Shown here: positions 1-9,018 of the stretch, in pieces
Numbering within the stretch: the first letter of the stretch is position 1
Layout of the letters: each line of letters begins with the position of its first letter
NCBI GenBank assembly: GCA_036804325.1
Contig: DAIRSQ010000002.1
Coordinates: 4,521-68,520, forward strand
DNA length: 64,000 nucleotides
Direction: 5' to 3'
Source: Candidatus Nanopelagicaceae bacterium
Lineage (GTDB): Bacteria; Actinomycetota; Actinomycetes; Nanopelagicales; Nanopelagicaceae
Translations under genes and position numbers: made by a program
Notes under the pieces: model-generated
The model's database searches: none
What the model was told of the DNA's origin: nothing
What the model saw: only the letters and a program-made list of their open reading frames with translations

Positions 1-461
1 TCGATCCTGGAACTCTTACTAACGTGACAACTACTGAACATTCGAAATCTTTAAATGAAATCAGCGGACCGCACATCATTATTTCGGCAAGTGGGATGGC
101 GACCGGTGGCCGCGTTGTTCACCATCTCAAACGCGCACTTCCAGATAGCAGGAATACAGTCCTTCTCGTTGGCTATCAGGCTATTGGAAGTCGAGGTAGA
201 ACTTTGCAAGATGGTGCGACGAGAATAAAAATCCATGGGGAATGGATTGAGGTAAACGCTCGCGTTGCAGCAATCGAGAGTTTTTCGGTTCATGCCGATA
301 GTTCAGAGCTGATTGACTGGCTGGGTAAATGCAAGCAACCAGAAGAAATATTTGTTGTCCATGGCGAAGAAGAAGCAACCAAAGTTTTTAAACAGAAAAT
401 TCAATCAATTCTTGGCTGGAAAACCATCGTTCCTCGAAACGGTGAGCGATTTATTATTTAA
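1..461 (+). CDS. MBL-fold metallo-hydrolase, beta-CASP/RNA-specificity domain (5' partial)
   Basis: Frame is open from the window edge; motifs IIISASGMATGGRVVHHL, VGYQAIGSRGR, FSVHAD, VVHGE. Confidence 0.9.
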   Translation, partial: DPGTLTNVTTTEHSKSLNEISGPHIIISASGMATGGRVVHHLKRALPDSRNTVLLVGYQAIGSRGRTLQDGATRIKIHGEWIEVNARVAAIESFSVHADSSELIDWLGKCKQPEEIFVVHGEEEATKVFKQKIQSILGWKTIVPRNGERFII

Positions 462-466
462 CTTCA

Positions 467-1585
467 CTATCCCACCTGATTGATGGTCAATATAAGTGAA
501 GGCACTGATGGTCGTAGAGGTGCAACCGCTTCGGGTACATAAACAATCTGCACCGTTGTATCGATGGAGTACCACATCAATTGAACAAAATCATTTGCAT
601 CGAGATCAATCATAAAATTCCAGGCAGCAACATACTTATCGTCCTTCTTCGCAAATGTAAAAATAGTATTGCTCGCCGGCACATCATTTCCATTTACTCG
701 GAGCCAGATTTCTGCAGTAGAAGCTTCATTTGCGGTATGAAACATCTGTGCGGAAAATTGAACGTTGTACGTCCCTGCGCTTGCTACCTGTATTTTTGAA
801 CCGTTAACAAGCGAAACCTGACGTTGCGAAATAGAAGTATTTAGTCGCATTGGAATTGGTTGCCCCGGAGTAATGTTTGTTTGCGTCGTAGTATCTAAAT
901 ACGAGCCATAAATTCCTTGTAATAATCCTGGTAAACCTTGCACGCCTGGTATTCCTTGCGCACCTTGTATTCCTGGTATTCCTTGCGCACCTGGTATACC
1001 TGGTAATCCTTGCGCACCTGGTATACCTGGTAATCCTTGCGCACCTGGTATACCTGGTATTCCTTGCACACCTTGCGCGCCTGGTATTCCTTGAACACCT
1101 GGCACTCCTTGCGCACCTATTAATCCCACTGGCCCTCGTTCACCTTGTGCGCCGGGTGGTCCTTGTTCGCCTTTTGGCCCAATCAATCCGATTGAACCTG
1201 CATCGCCCTGATCTCCTTTGGCGCCGATAGAACCGCTCTTGCCAGTCTTTCCTATCTTTCCCGCGCTCCCCGTTTTACCAGTTGGACCGACGGGACCAAC
1301 TTCACCTTGCTCACCACTTTTTCCTTGCACTCCTTTAGCACCTTGCGCACCCGGTTCACCTTTTTCACCCTTCTCACCGCGTATTCCTATCGGACCAACT
1401 GGACCGACGGGACCAATAATTGATTCTGGTTCGCCTAGATGAAGCGTTGATCTAATCGCCTCCGGAACCCAAGAAACTTTATGAAACGAAGATGAGATGA
1501 CTAAAGTCAAAAGTGAAAGCAGAAGTACTGAACCAATAATTTGCGAGAGATTCGTGAGCCACCTTCGCATCTTTAGATAGTACAT
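467..1585 (-). CDS. Membrane-anchored collagen-like protein with C-terminal C1q/BclA-like (phage-type) beta domain
   Basis: N-terminal hydrophobic helix ([17 protein letters not shown]); about 55 uninterrupted Gly-X-Y triplets; about 150-aa C-terminal domain with [23 protein letters not shown]. Confidence 0.85.
   Translation of the reverse strand: MYYLKMRRWLTNLSQIIGSVLLLSLLTLVISSSFHKVSWVPEAIRSTLHLGEPESIIGPVGPVGPIGIRGEKGEKGEPGAQGAKGVQGKSGEQGEVGPVGPTGKTGSAGKIGKTGKSGSIGAKGDQGDAGSIGLIGPKGEQGPPGAQGERGPVGLIGAQGVPGVQGIPGAQGVQGIPGIPGAQGLPGIPGAQGLPGIPGAQGIPGIQGAQGIPGVQGLPGLLQGIYGSYLDTTTQTNITPGQPIPMRLNTSISQRQVSLVNGSKIQVASAGTYNVQFSAQMFHTANEASTAEIWLRVNGNDVPASNTIFTFAKKDDKYVAAWNFMIDLDANDFVQLMWYSIDTTVQIVYVPEAVAPLRPSVPSLILTINQVG
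945..1106. repeat. Intragenic 27-bp tandem repeat, about 6 degenerate copies, encoding collagen triplets
   Basis: Units start at 945, 972, 999, 1026, 1053 and 1080; 999-1025 and 1026-1052 are identical (cctggtaatccttgcgcacctggtata). Confidence 0.85.
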
Positions 1586-1636
1586 TCACAAAGTTAGCAC
1601 GTCACGTAAAAAAAATTAATGTGAGAGTTTGGTGAG

Positions 1637-2098
1637 ATGATTCAACACGATATAGAGGTGAATGAAATAAAAGCAGCACATAGATTTCATTTGCGCGGAA
1701 TCGCTGTAATGGTCTTCATTACTTATTGGTCGGTAATTTTTACCTACACTGATTTTTTCTGGTTTCAACCTTGGGAGAGCGAAGAATTTGTTCGACAAAT
1801 TACCTTGTGGCTCTGTTTGATTGGTTGGTTAATTGCCGCGATCTTTTCACCACTGGCGCTATTTGCAGTCTCTGCCGGATACACCAAAGCGCTGAAGTTC
1901 ATACCCGTTACTGCCCTTTGGTGGCCAGCATCAGTTTTAATCTCCCAAGTCGTCGTATATTCGGAAACAGGAGAGAGTTATCTCGGCTACTTACTTCTCT
2001 ACCCGGTCTTTATTCTCACCGACATAGCCATTCCAGTGTTTCTCATCTTCCAGTGGAGCAAGATTAGGGAATACCTTGTTCTTCATGAGGGTAACTAG
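1637..2098 (+). CDS. Hypothetical integral membrane protein (about 4 TM)
   Basis: 153-aa ORF with four hydrophobic segments filling the gap between neighbours. Confidence 0.7.
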   Translation: MIQHDIEVNEIKAAHRFHLRGIAVMVFITYWSVIFTYTDFFWFQPWESEEFVRQITLWLCLIGWLIAAIFSPLALFAVSAGYTKALKFIPVTALWWPASVLISQVVVYSETGESYLGYLLLYPVFILTDIAIPVFLIFQWSKIREYLVLHEGN

Positions 2099-2128
2099 CC
2101 TCAAATCCGGCTTTGTTACGATAGGCGC

Positions 2129-3037
2129 GTGGAGCTCCAAAAGGTCATTCTCTATTACGGGTTCGCCCCCGTTACCGATCCAAATGCGGTAAAGCTATGG
2201 CAACACGCCTTGTGCGATTCGCTTGGACTCAAGGGTCGAATTTTGATCTCACCCCACGGCATCAACGGAACTCTTGGCGGCCAAATGAATGCCCTTAAAA
2301 AATATGTGAAGGCGACCAAACAATATCCCGGATTTAAGAAGATAGATTTTAAATGGTCGGACGGCACAGGCAATGACTTTCCACGATTACAAGTGAAGGT
2401 TAAAAAAGAATTAGTCTCTTTCGGTCATCCAAATGAGATTCAAGTTGATATCAATGGGGTCGTTAACGGGGGCGTGCACCTTAAACCAAAAGAGGTACAT
2501 AAGCTTGTCGAAGAACGTAGCGAAGAGGTTGTCTTCTTCGATGGCAGAAATGCATTTGAAGCGAAAATTGGAAAGTTTAAAGACGCCGTCGTGCCAGATA
2601 CTGTTACTTCGCATGACTTTGTAAAAGAAATCGAGAGCGGAAAATACGATCATCTAAAGAGCAAGCCGATCGTCACTTATTGCACCGGAGGAATTCGTTG
2701 TGAAATTCTCTCAGCGGTGATGAAGAATCGCGGCTTCCAAGAGGTCTACCAAATCGAAGGCGGAATCGTTCGCTATGGTGAGAAGTTCAAAGATAACGGG
2801 TTATGGGAAGGTTCTCTCTATACCTTCGATAATCGAATGACTATCAACTTCAGCCAATCGACAAAAGTCATAGGTGAGTGCGAAAAGTGCCAGACCCCAA
2901 CTAAAGATTTTTACAACTGCGCAGAATCGGCATGTAATGAGTTGATTCTTCTTTGCATCGCATGTGGCGAGGCCGGCGAAAATTTACGTTGCACCCATAC
3001 TTCCGTGCGGAGCAATCGAAAAGAATTGATTGGATAA
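2129..3037 (+). CDS. trhO: tRNA uridine(34) hydroxylase, rhodanese-domain YceA/TrhO family
   Basis: [50 protein letters not shown]-terminal Cys cluster; TACGAT-N6-GTG leaderless start. Confidence 0.92.
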   Translation: MELQKVILYYGFAPVTDPNAVKLWQHALCDSLGLKGRILISPHGINGTLGGQMNALKKYVKATKQYPGFKKIDFKWSDGTGNDFPRLQVKVKKELVSFGHPNEIQVDINGVVNGGVHLKPKEVHKLVEERSEEVVFFDGRNAFEAKIGKFKDAVVPDTVTSHDFVKEIESGKYDHLKSKPIVTYCTGGIRCEILSAVMKNRGFQEVYQIEGGIVRYGEKFKDNGLWEGSLYTFDNRMTINFSQSTKVIGECEKCQTPTKDFYNCAESACNELILLCIACGEAGENLRCTHTSVRSNRKELIG

Positions 3038-3039
3038 CC

Positions 3040-3690
3040 ATGGAGAATGAATTACCAAATTCCCATAGGTCGGGGCGACGAAAAGTTCTCACAATTATTG
3101 GTGCAATTGTATCCGCCACATTTTTCGGTGAGCGAGCGTTAGCGGCAAAAAAGCCACCTGCAAAAAAGGTAGTAAAGAAACCAGTTAAAAAAGCTCCGGT
3201 AAAGAAAGCTCCCGCAAAACCAGTCGCAAAGACAACCGCTAAACCAACGCCCTCGCCTTCATCTTCACCCACTTCAACACCGAGTGCAACGCCTTCGGCT
3301 GGCGCAACACCTACCCCAACCGCCACACCAACTCCCTCACCCTCGGTAATCGCTCCCCCTGCGGATGCAAAAGCGCTAACCGTGGCCGGCAAGAATCTCA
3401 CCGTGGGCGATTTATCTATCGGCTCCACGACTGCGGCAACTTTTCCCAAAAATGGCGCGACGACTTCTGTCTTAGTTACCCGGATCGACGAGAAAACTTT
3501 TGTTGCATTAAAACCTATCTGTACTCATGCTGGTGGGCCTATTGAACTATCGGGTGGGTCCCTGCTCTGTACTTGGCACTTCTCCCGCTTTAATCAACGC
3601 ACCGGTGCGGTCATTAACGGGCCTGCCGCAGATGCACTTCCTAAAGAGAATGTCGCCCTCTATGGTGATGTCCTCTACTACGTTCCATAA
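3040..3690 (+). CDS. Tat-exported Rieske [2Fe-2S] protein with Lys/Pro/Ala- and Pro/Thr/Ser-rich linker
   Basis: ATG 3040 just after the trhO stop; GRRKVL twin-Arg, h-region and ALA cleavage site; Rieske motifs CTHAG and CTWHFSRF. Confidence 0.85.
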   Translation: MENELPNSHRSGRRKVLTIIGAIVSATFFGERALAAKKPPAKKVVKKPVKKAPVKKAPAKPVAKTTAKPTPSPSSSPTSTPSATPSAGATPTPTATPTPSPSVIAPPADAKALTVAGKNLTVGDLSIGSTTAATFPKNGATTSVLVTRIDEKTFVALKPICTHAGGPIELSGGSLLCTWHFSRFNQRTGAVINGPAADALPKENVALYGDVLYYVP

Positions 3691-3704
3691 CGAGAAAATA
3701 TTTT

Positions 3705-4514
3705 TTACGATTCCTGTCGCATGAACGCAAAAGGCGCGGATTCGTCTATAAAATGAAATTCTTCAACAAAATTAACACCGTACTTTGGATTAGCAGCCTT
3801 CAGAAATTCACCTCGAATGAAAGTATCCTCATCCATCTCCACGCCAGGATGTAGGTCAAGATACGACCGGAGCATGTTATCCAGCGGGGTCTTGTGGCAT
3901 TTAATCGCTTGAAATTTCTTTTCAATAACAGGCGTTATGTCTACGGCCCTGTTGACAAGTTGCGGACCACGGGCCACCAAATATTTCTTGGTCACAAACT
4001 TTGGCTTTAATCCCATATCTGTTAACTCAGGAAGATCCAGCTGCCGTCCCGAAGTCCAACAAGCTTGTTCTACCGCATGTCCTGTTATGTAGTGATCAGG
4101 ATTCTCCTCGTAGTGCCCCCATGGATCGAAGGAAATGACGGTATCCACTTTAAGGTAGCGAAATAAAGTGATGAGGCGGTGTCGGATTTCCGAAAGTTGC
4201 CCGTGCTCCAGATAGTGATTCTTGTAATCAAGGGAATAGAGTTTCTTTAAGCCCAAGAAGTTTGTTACATCGACCGACTCATTGTACAAACGATAGACAG
4301 TCTCAGCCATTGATAAGTCGTAAGAATCCATCTCGTCATTTGTAGTTTTAATAAAATACCCTGTGTAGCCTTCAGAGATTAATTTCAAAGTCAATCCACC
4401 GGCGAATATTGCTAAATCATCAGAATGTGCAAAAACGGCAGCAAAGACTCTGCCTTTATGTGGTTGGCCACTGTCCCATTTTTCGAGGACTACTTCGCCT
4501 GACTCCTGACCCAT
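3705..4514 (-). CDS. PIG-L/LmbE family Zn-dependent N-deacetylase
   Basis: FAHSDD and ENPDH motifs, VDITPV..K..AI..HKT; SD GAGGAG precedes ATG 4514. Confidence 0.85.
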   Translation of the reverse strand: MGQESGEVVLEKWDSGQPHKGRVFAAVFAHSDDLAIFAGGLTLKLISEGYTGYFIKTTNDEMDSYDLSMAETVYRLYNESVDVTNFLGLKKLYSLDYKNHYLEHGQLSEIRHRLITLFRYLKVDTVISFDPWGHYEENPDHYITGHAVEQACWTSGRQLDLPELTDMGLKPKFVTKKYLVARGPQLVNRAVDITPVIEKKFQAIKCHKTPLDNMLRSYLDLHPGVEMDEDTFIRGEFLKAANPKYGVNFVEEFHFIDESAPFAFMRQES

Positions 4515-4745
4515 AGCACTCCTCTTACGCTTGAATGATTCCACCAGTCCCGCAATGTACCCCTCTGGAACGGGGCCAAGATAGGGATTCGAAGGGGAGA
4601 TATAAAAATTCTGGGCATTTCTCCGTATGCGGGAACTTTCGTCTGTAACAAAACTTGATTCTTTAAGTGCTTGACCAATGCGCTCGAGCCGAGAAGGCTA
4701 GACACCACAGCGTAAACCACGCTGTAGAACAACCGTGGGGGGAAA

Positions 4746-5591
4746 ATGAAAAAACGCCACATAATAGGGAGCGTCTTGGCTGCTGCCGCATTAGTAGCCG
4801 CGTCACTAGTGAGCGCTTCAAGCGCTAATGCCGCAACTGGAAAACTCGGTGATGTCCTTAAGCGAGGCAAGCTCATCGTGGGAACCGGAACTGGCAACGC
4901 GCCATGGCACTTTAAAGATGCCTCTGGCAACCTTGTTGGCTTTGATATTGATATTGCCAAGATGCTCGCTAAGGGTCTCTTCGACGATCCAAACAAAGTT
5001 GAATTCGTAACTCAGACCTCTGATTCACGTATTCCAAATATTGTTGCTGACAAGGTGGATATCACTTGTCAATTTATGACCGTTACCGCTCTTCGCGCTC
5101 AATCCGTTGCATTCACCATTCCTTACTATCGTGAGGGTGTTGGACTGCTCCTGAAGAAGGGTGGAAAGTACAAGACATTTGCTGATCTCAAGAAGGCAGG
5201 AAGTAAGGCAAAAATTTCCGTACTGCAAAACGTTACTGCCGCCGACATGGTTCATGCTGCGCTTCCTAAGGCAACCGTCCAACAATATGCCGACGTTCCT
5301 TTGATTTACAGCGCTGTTGATTCAGGCCGAGCTGATGCTGCAGCAACAGATCAATCGTCAGTGAGCTGGTACATCGCACAGAATCCAACAAAATATTTGG
5401 ATTCCGGCTATGGCTGGTGGCCACAGACCTACTCCTGTGCAGTTCAACAGGGTGATCAAGTCTGGCTTAACTTCGTAAACCAAGTTCTCAATGAGGCAAT
5501 GAGTGGTGTTGATTTCGACACCTATGCAGCTTCGTTCAAGAAATGGTTTGGACAGACACTTCCTGCACCAAAGATTGGCTTCCCTCGTTAA
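4746..5591 (+). CDS. Polar amino-acid ABC transporter substrate-binding protein (glucosaminate-transporter-like)
   Basis: Signal peptide; SBP family 3 motifs GFDIDIA, RIPN, AFTIPYYREG; by recall very similar to the Pseudomonas glucosaminate ABC SBP. Confidence 0.9.
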   Translation: MKKRHIIGSVLAAAALVAASLVSASSANAATGKLGDVLKRGKLIVGTGTGNAPWHFKDASGNLVGFDIDIAKMLAKGLFDDPNKVEFVTQTSDSRIPNIVADKVDITCQFMTVTALRAQSVAFTIPYYREGVGLLLKKGGKYKTFADLKKAGSKAKISVLQNVTAADMVHAALPKATVQQYADVPLIYSAVDSGRADAAATDQSSVSWYIAQNPTKYLDSGYGWWPQTYSCAVQQGDQVWLNFVNQVLNEAMSGVDFDTYAASFKKWFGQTLPAPKIGFPR

Positions 5592-5641
5592 TAGGTAGGC
5601 TGACTTAAAGTAATTCGGAAGTTACGAGAGGAGGCTACGGC

Positions 5642-6307
5642 GTGAGAGATTATCAATATAACTGGGATGTAATTTGGCGCTCAGTTAATGATCTTCTTTA
5701 CGGCCTTTGGCTCGACGTGTACATGGCTTTTTTGTCAGTACTCGCCGGAAGTCTTATTGGCCTAGCTGTAGCCTTCGCTCTCGTGTCTAAACAGGGCTTA
5801 ATCAGAAAATCCGCCCAAATTTACGTCACGATGATACGAAATATTCCACTTATGATAATTGTTTTATTCATATATTTTGGACTTCCTGACGTCGGATTGG
5901 TTTTTGGTGAAATTCAATCTTTCGTGTTTGCTCTAACGATTTATGCCGGTGCTTACGTCGCTGAGGTGTTCCGAGGTGGTTTGGTAGCGATGCCGAAGGG
6001 ACTCACCGAAGCAGGGCTAGCTCTAGGCATGTCCAACACGAAAATAAATATTTTTGTGAAAATCCCGCTACTCATTCGCTCGGTAATGCCAGCTCTTAGC
6101 AATAACTACATTTCACTTTTCAAAGATGCATCAATTGCCGCCGTCATTGCCATTCCAGAATTAACTTTCCAAACTCGACGGATAAATCTCGAGACTTTCA
6201 AAACTATTGAAGCATGGTCTTCAGCAACGGTAATTTATGTAATCACTTGTTTCATTATTGCCTTCCTACTACGCCGCGTTGAAAAACGCGTAGCGATTCC
6301 GAAGTAA
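5642..6307 (+). CDS. Amino-acid ABC transporter permease 1 (HisM/GlnP type)
   Basis: IRNIP, AYVAEVFRGG, EAGLALG (EAA loop), SLFKD; SD GAGGAGG. Confidence 0.93.
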   Translation: MRDYQYNWDVIWRSVNDLLYGLWLDVYMAFLSVLAGSLIGLAVAFALVSKQGLIRKSAQIYVTMIRNIPLMIIVLFIYFGLPDVGLVFGEIQSFVFALTIYAGAYVAEVFRGGLVAMPKGLTEAGLALGMSNTKINIFVKIPLLIRSVMPALSNNYISLFKDASIAAVIAIPELTFQTRRINLETFKTIEAWSSATVIYVITCFIIAFLLRRVEKRVAIPK

Positions 6308-6318
6308 AAGGTGCTGAA

Positions 6319-6984
6319 ATGATGAATTTAAATACAGGATTTTGGCACGAACTTTGGATTAGTATCGATGATTTAGCTATCGGCACTGGAATTGCGCTAT
6401 CGGTTTCGGCTTTGGCAATCATCATGGGAACGATTCTGGGATTGTTAATCGGCTTGGCGCTCACTTATGGAAATATTGTCGTGAGAACTCTTGCGAGAAT
6501 ATATGTAGATGTTATTCGGGGAATTCCAGTACTAGTTCTTATTTTAACTTTCTTCTACGTATTAACTATCTGGGGAATTAATTTAAAGCCGTTTCAAGCT
6601 GGCGTACTCTCGCTCGGCGTCTTCTCCGCCGCGCATGTGGCAGAAATGACACGCGGTGGCCTGCAAAACCTAAACAAAGGACAGACCGAAGCCGCGATGG
6701 CACTTGGGCTTTCTTTCCCACAAACTTTTCTATCGGTTCTCATGCCTCAAGCGCTTCGCCAAATTCTTCCAACCTGGATAAATACAGTGATTGAGACAGT
6801 CAAGGGATCTACGCTCGTCTCCATCATCGGCGTAGTTGAAATTACCCTAGTTACTCAACAAATTATTGCTAGAAATTTCTTAACGATGAAATTCTACGCA
6901 GTCTGTGCCCTTATCTACTTTTGCATCGGGTTCTCCATTGAACGCGCTGGCAAGTATGTAGAAAAGAAAATCGCGATTAAATAA
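6319..6984 (+). CDS. Amino-acid ABC transporter permease 2
   Basis: RGIPVLV, AEMTRGG, GQTEAAMALG, PQALR. Confidence 0.93.
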   Translation: MMNLNTGFWHELWISIDDLAIGTGIALSVSALAIIMGTILGLLIGLALTYGNIVVRTLARIYVDVIRGIPVLVLILTFFYVLTIWGINLKPFQAGVLSLGVFSAAHVAEMTRGGLQNLNKGQTEAAMALGLSFPQTFLSVLMPQALRQILPTWINTVIETVKGSTLVSIIGVVEITLVTQQIIARNFLTMKFYAVCALIYFCIGFSIERAGKYVEKKIAIK

Positions 6985-6990
6985 GGAGAG

Positions 6991-7761
6991 ATGATGAATA
7001 ATAAAGTTCTCGAGATTTCCGACCTTCAAAAGGCTTATGGTGATCATCAAGTTCTCAAAGGCGTCGACCTCTCATTAAGCAAGGGCGACGCTGTTTCCAT
7101 AATTGGTTCAAGTGGTTCGGGAAAGACTACCCTCCTCCGTTGTGTGAATTTGCTTGAAGAGTTCCAGGGTGGCTCTATAAAAATTGACGGTAAAACTATT
7201 GGCTACAAAGAAATTAATGGGGTTCGAAAACGTTTGAGCAATAAGGAAATTACCCAGGATCGTGCTCTTACTGGGATGGTCTTTCAATCATTCAATCTCT
7301 TCCCGCACCTAACGGCGGCCGAGAATATAACTTTAGCTCTAAGGAAAGTGCAAAAGACTTCAAAATCTGAGGCGCTTGAAATAGCCCACCATTGGCTTGG
7401 AAAAGTTGGCCTACCAGACAGAGGTGGCTCTTATCCCGGGCAACTCTCTGGAGGTCAACAGCAACGCGTAGCAATCGCAAGAGCCATAGCTATGAACCCT
7501 TTAATCATGCTTTTCGACGAAGTTACCTCTGCACTTGATCCAGAATTGATTAACGAAGTTCTCGATGTCATCAAATCATTAGCGGGTGAAGGCATGACCA
7601 TGCTTATAGTCACACATGAAATGCGCTTTGCCTACGAAGTCTCCAAGAAGGTTATTTTTATGAACGAAGGTGTAATCGCTGTTGAAGGAACACCTGATGA
7701 TGTCTTCAAGAACTCTAATCACGAACGCTTAAAGGCTTTCTTAAGTAGCACTAAGTTCTAG
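6991..7761 (+). CDS. Amino-acid ABC transporter ATP-binding protein (GlnQ type)
   Basis: Walker A GSSGSGKT, signature LSGGQQQR, Walker [16 protein letters not shown]. Confidence 0.96.
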   Translation: MMNNKVLEISDLQKAYGDHQVLKGVDLSLSKGDAVSIIGSSGSGKTTLLRCVNLLEEFQGGSIKIDGKTIGYKEINGVRKRLSNKEITQDRALTGMVFQSFNLFPHLTAAENITLALRKVQKTSKSEALEIAHHWLGKVGLPDRGGSYPGQLSGGQQQRVAIARAIAMNPLIMLFDEVTSALDPELINEVLDVIKSLAGEGMTMLIVTHEMRFAYEVSKKVIFMNEGVIAVEGTPDDVFKNSNHERLKAFLSSTKF

Positions 7762-7771
7762 TGGAAACCCT

Positions 7772-8998
7772 ATGCATGTTGCCGTAGTTGGTGGAGGTGC
7801 AGTCGGGCTCACTACAGCTTGGTACCTTCGACAGAGGAATGCTGAAGTTACGCTTTTTGAGATGGCGGAGCCAGGAAATGGAGCATCCTGGGGAAACGCC
7901 GGTCAAATTTTGCCAGCAAAATCACTTCCCCTATCAGAACCTGGAAATCTAACTTATGCACTTAAAAGTTTTTTCAAGAAAAACTCACCTGTCACTGCAC
8001 CAAAATCACTCTCGCCGCATTTAGTAAATTTCCTACTTAGATTTGCGCAGAATTCGACTGCAAGTAAATTTCACAAAAGTTCTGCTGAAATGCTCCAACT
8101 AGGGAAAGATGCATTTTCAGAATACGCAGTTATTGAAGCTCAAGGCATTGAAACAACAAGGAAATCCGGACCGTTCACCGCAGCTTTTTCGCAACGAAAA
8201 ATTGCGGACGGAATGTTCCATGAATACGAGCGAGTGCGCCCTTTTTTAGAATCACTTAATATAGAAATTCTTGAAGGTGCGGAATTACGGAGACGTGAAC
8301 CTTTACTCGAGAAGAATTTTAAATATGGCCTCCAGCTAAATAATCAATCCTTCATTGATCCGCCGCAATTTGTCACAAATTTAGTAAACGCACTAAATCA
8401 GAACGGAACCAATCTTTGCAATCACCACAAAGTAAAAGAAATTAAGCGCGTAGGTGGGAAAATTGAACTCAATTTCTCAAATGGCAAAAGTGAGAGTTTT
8501 GATGCGGTTGTTGTTGCCACGGGAGCTTGGCTAAATCGATTAACTGAGAACCATGGCGTGCGCATGCCCGTTGTAGCAGGAGTTGGTTACAGTATGTCTG
8601 TTGAAGTGCCACATCAAACTCAAGGGATGCTCTACTTTCCAGAAGCACGACTCGCTACAACTAACTACAGAGATCGACTTCGTATATCCACTTTCATGCA
8701 AATGACAGATGTGGAGACCCCTCGAGATCCTCGGAGAACCCAAAGGTTACTCTCGCTTGCCAAGGATGTTATACCTAAGGCGCATTGGGAAACAGTCAGT
8801 GATTTTTGGTCCGGTGGTCGCCCCCTTTCAGGGGATGGCAAACCTCTCATTGGTTCGTCGAAAACAGAGGGGATTTACATCAATTCCGGTCATGGCATGT
8901 GGGGCATAACATTAGCTCCAGTAAGTGCCCGGGAAATTTCGAACTTAATCATGGAAGGTAAACCTATTTCTCCAGCGTTCAATCCGCTACGAATATAA
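7772..8998 (+). CDS. FAD-dependent D-amino-acid dehydrogenase (DadA/DAO family)
   Basis: GGGAVG Rossmann motif, ASWGNAG, GRP..DGKPLIG, GHGMWGITLAP. Confidence 0.88.
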   Translation: MHVAVVGGGAVGLTTAWYLRQRNAEVTLFEMAEPGNGASWGNAGQILPAKSLPLSEPGNLTYALKSFFKKNSPVTAPKSLSPHLVNFLLRFAQNSTASKFHKSSAEMLQLGKDAFSEYAVIEAQGIETTRKSGPFTAAFSQRKIADGMFHEYERVRPFLESLNIEILEGAELRRREPLLEKNFKYGLQLNNQSFIDPPQFVTNLVNALNQNGTNLCNHHKVKEIKRVGGKIELNFSNGKSESFDAVVVATGAWLNRLTENHGVRMPVVAGVGYSMSVEVPHQTQGMLYFPEARLATTNYRDRLRISTFMQMTDVETPRDPRRTQRLLSLAKDVIPKAHWETVSDFWSGGRPLSGDGKPLIGSSKTEGIYINSGHGMWGITLAPVSAREISNLIMEGKPISPAFNPLRI

Positions 8999-9018
8999 AA
9001 AAGAAATGAGAGGCGATT

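Noticed and set aside
945..1106. 27-bp repeats as a CRISPR array
   Set aside because: Head-to-tail with no unique spacers, inside a collagen ORF, and no cas genes
467..2098. Prophage remnant around the collagen-like gene
   Set aside because: No integrase, terminase, capsid or att-like repeats; neighbours are cellular genes
2901..4996. Long antisense ORFs (2901-3449, 4490-4996) and similar shadow ORFs across the window
   Set aside because: They mirror well-supported genes on the opposite strand and carry no recognisable motifs
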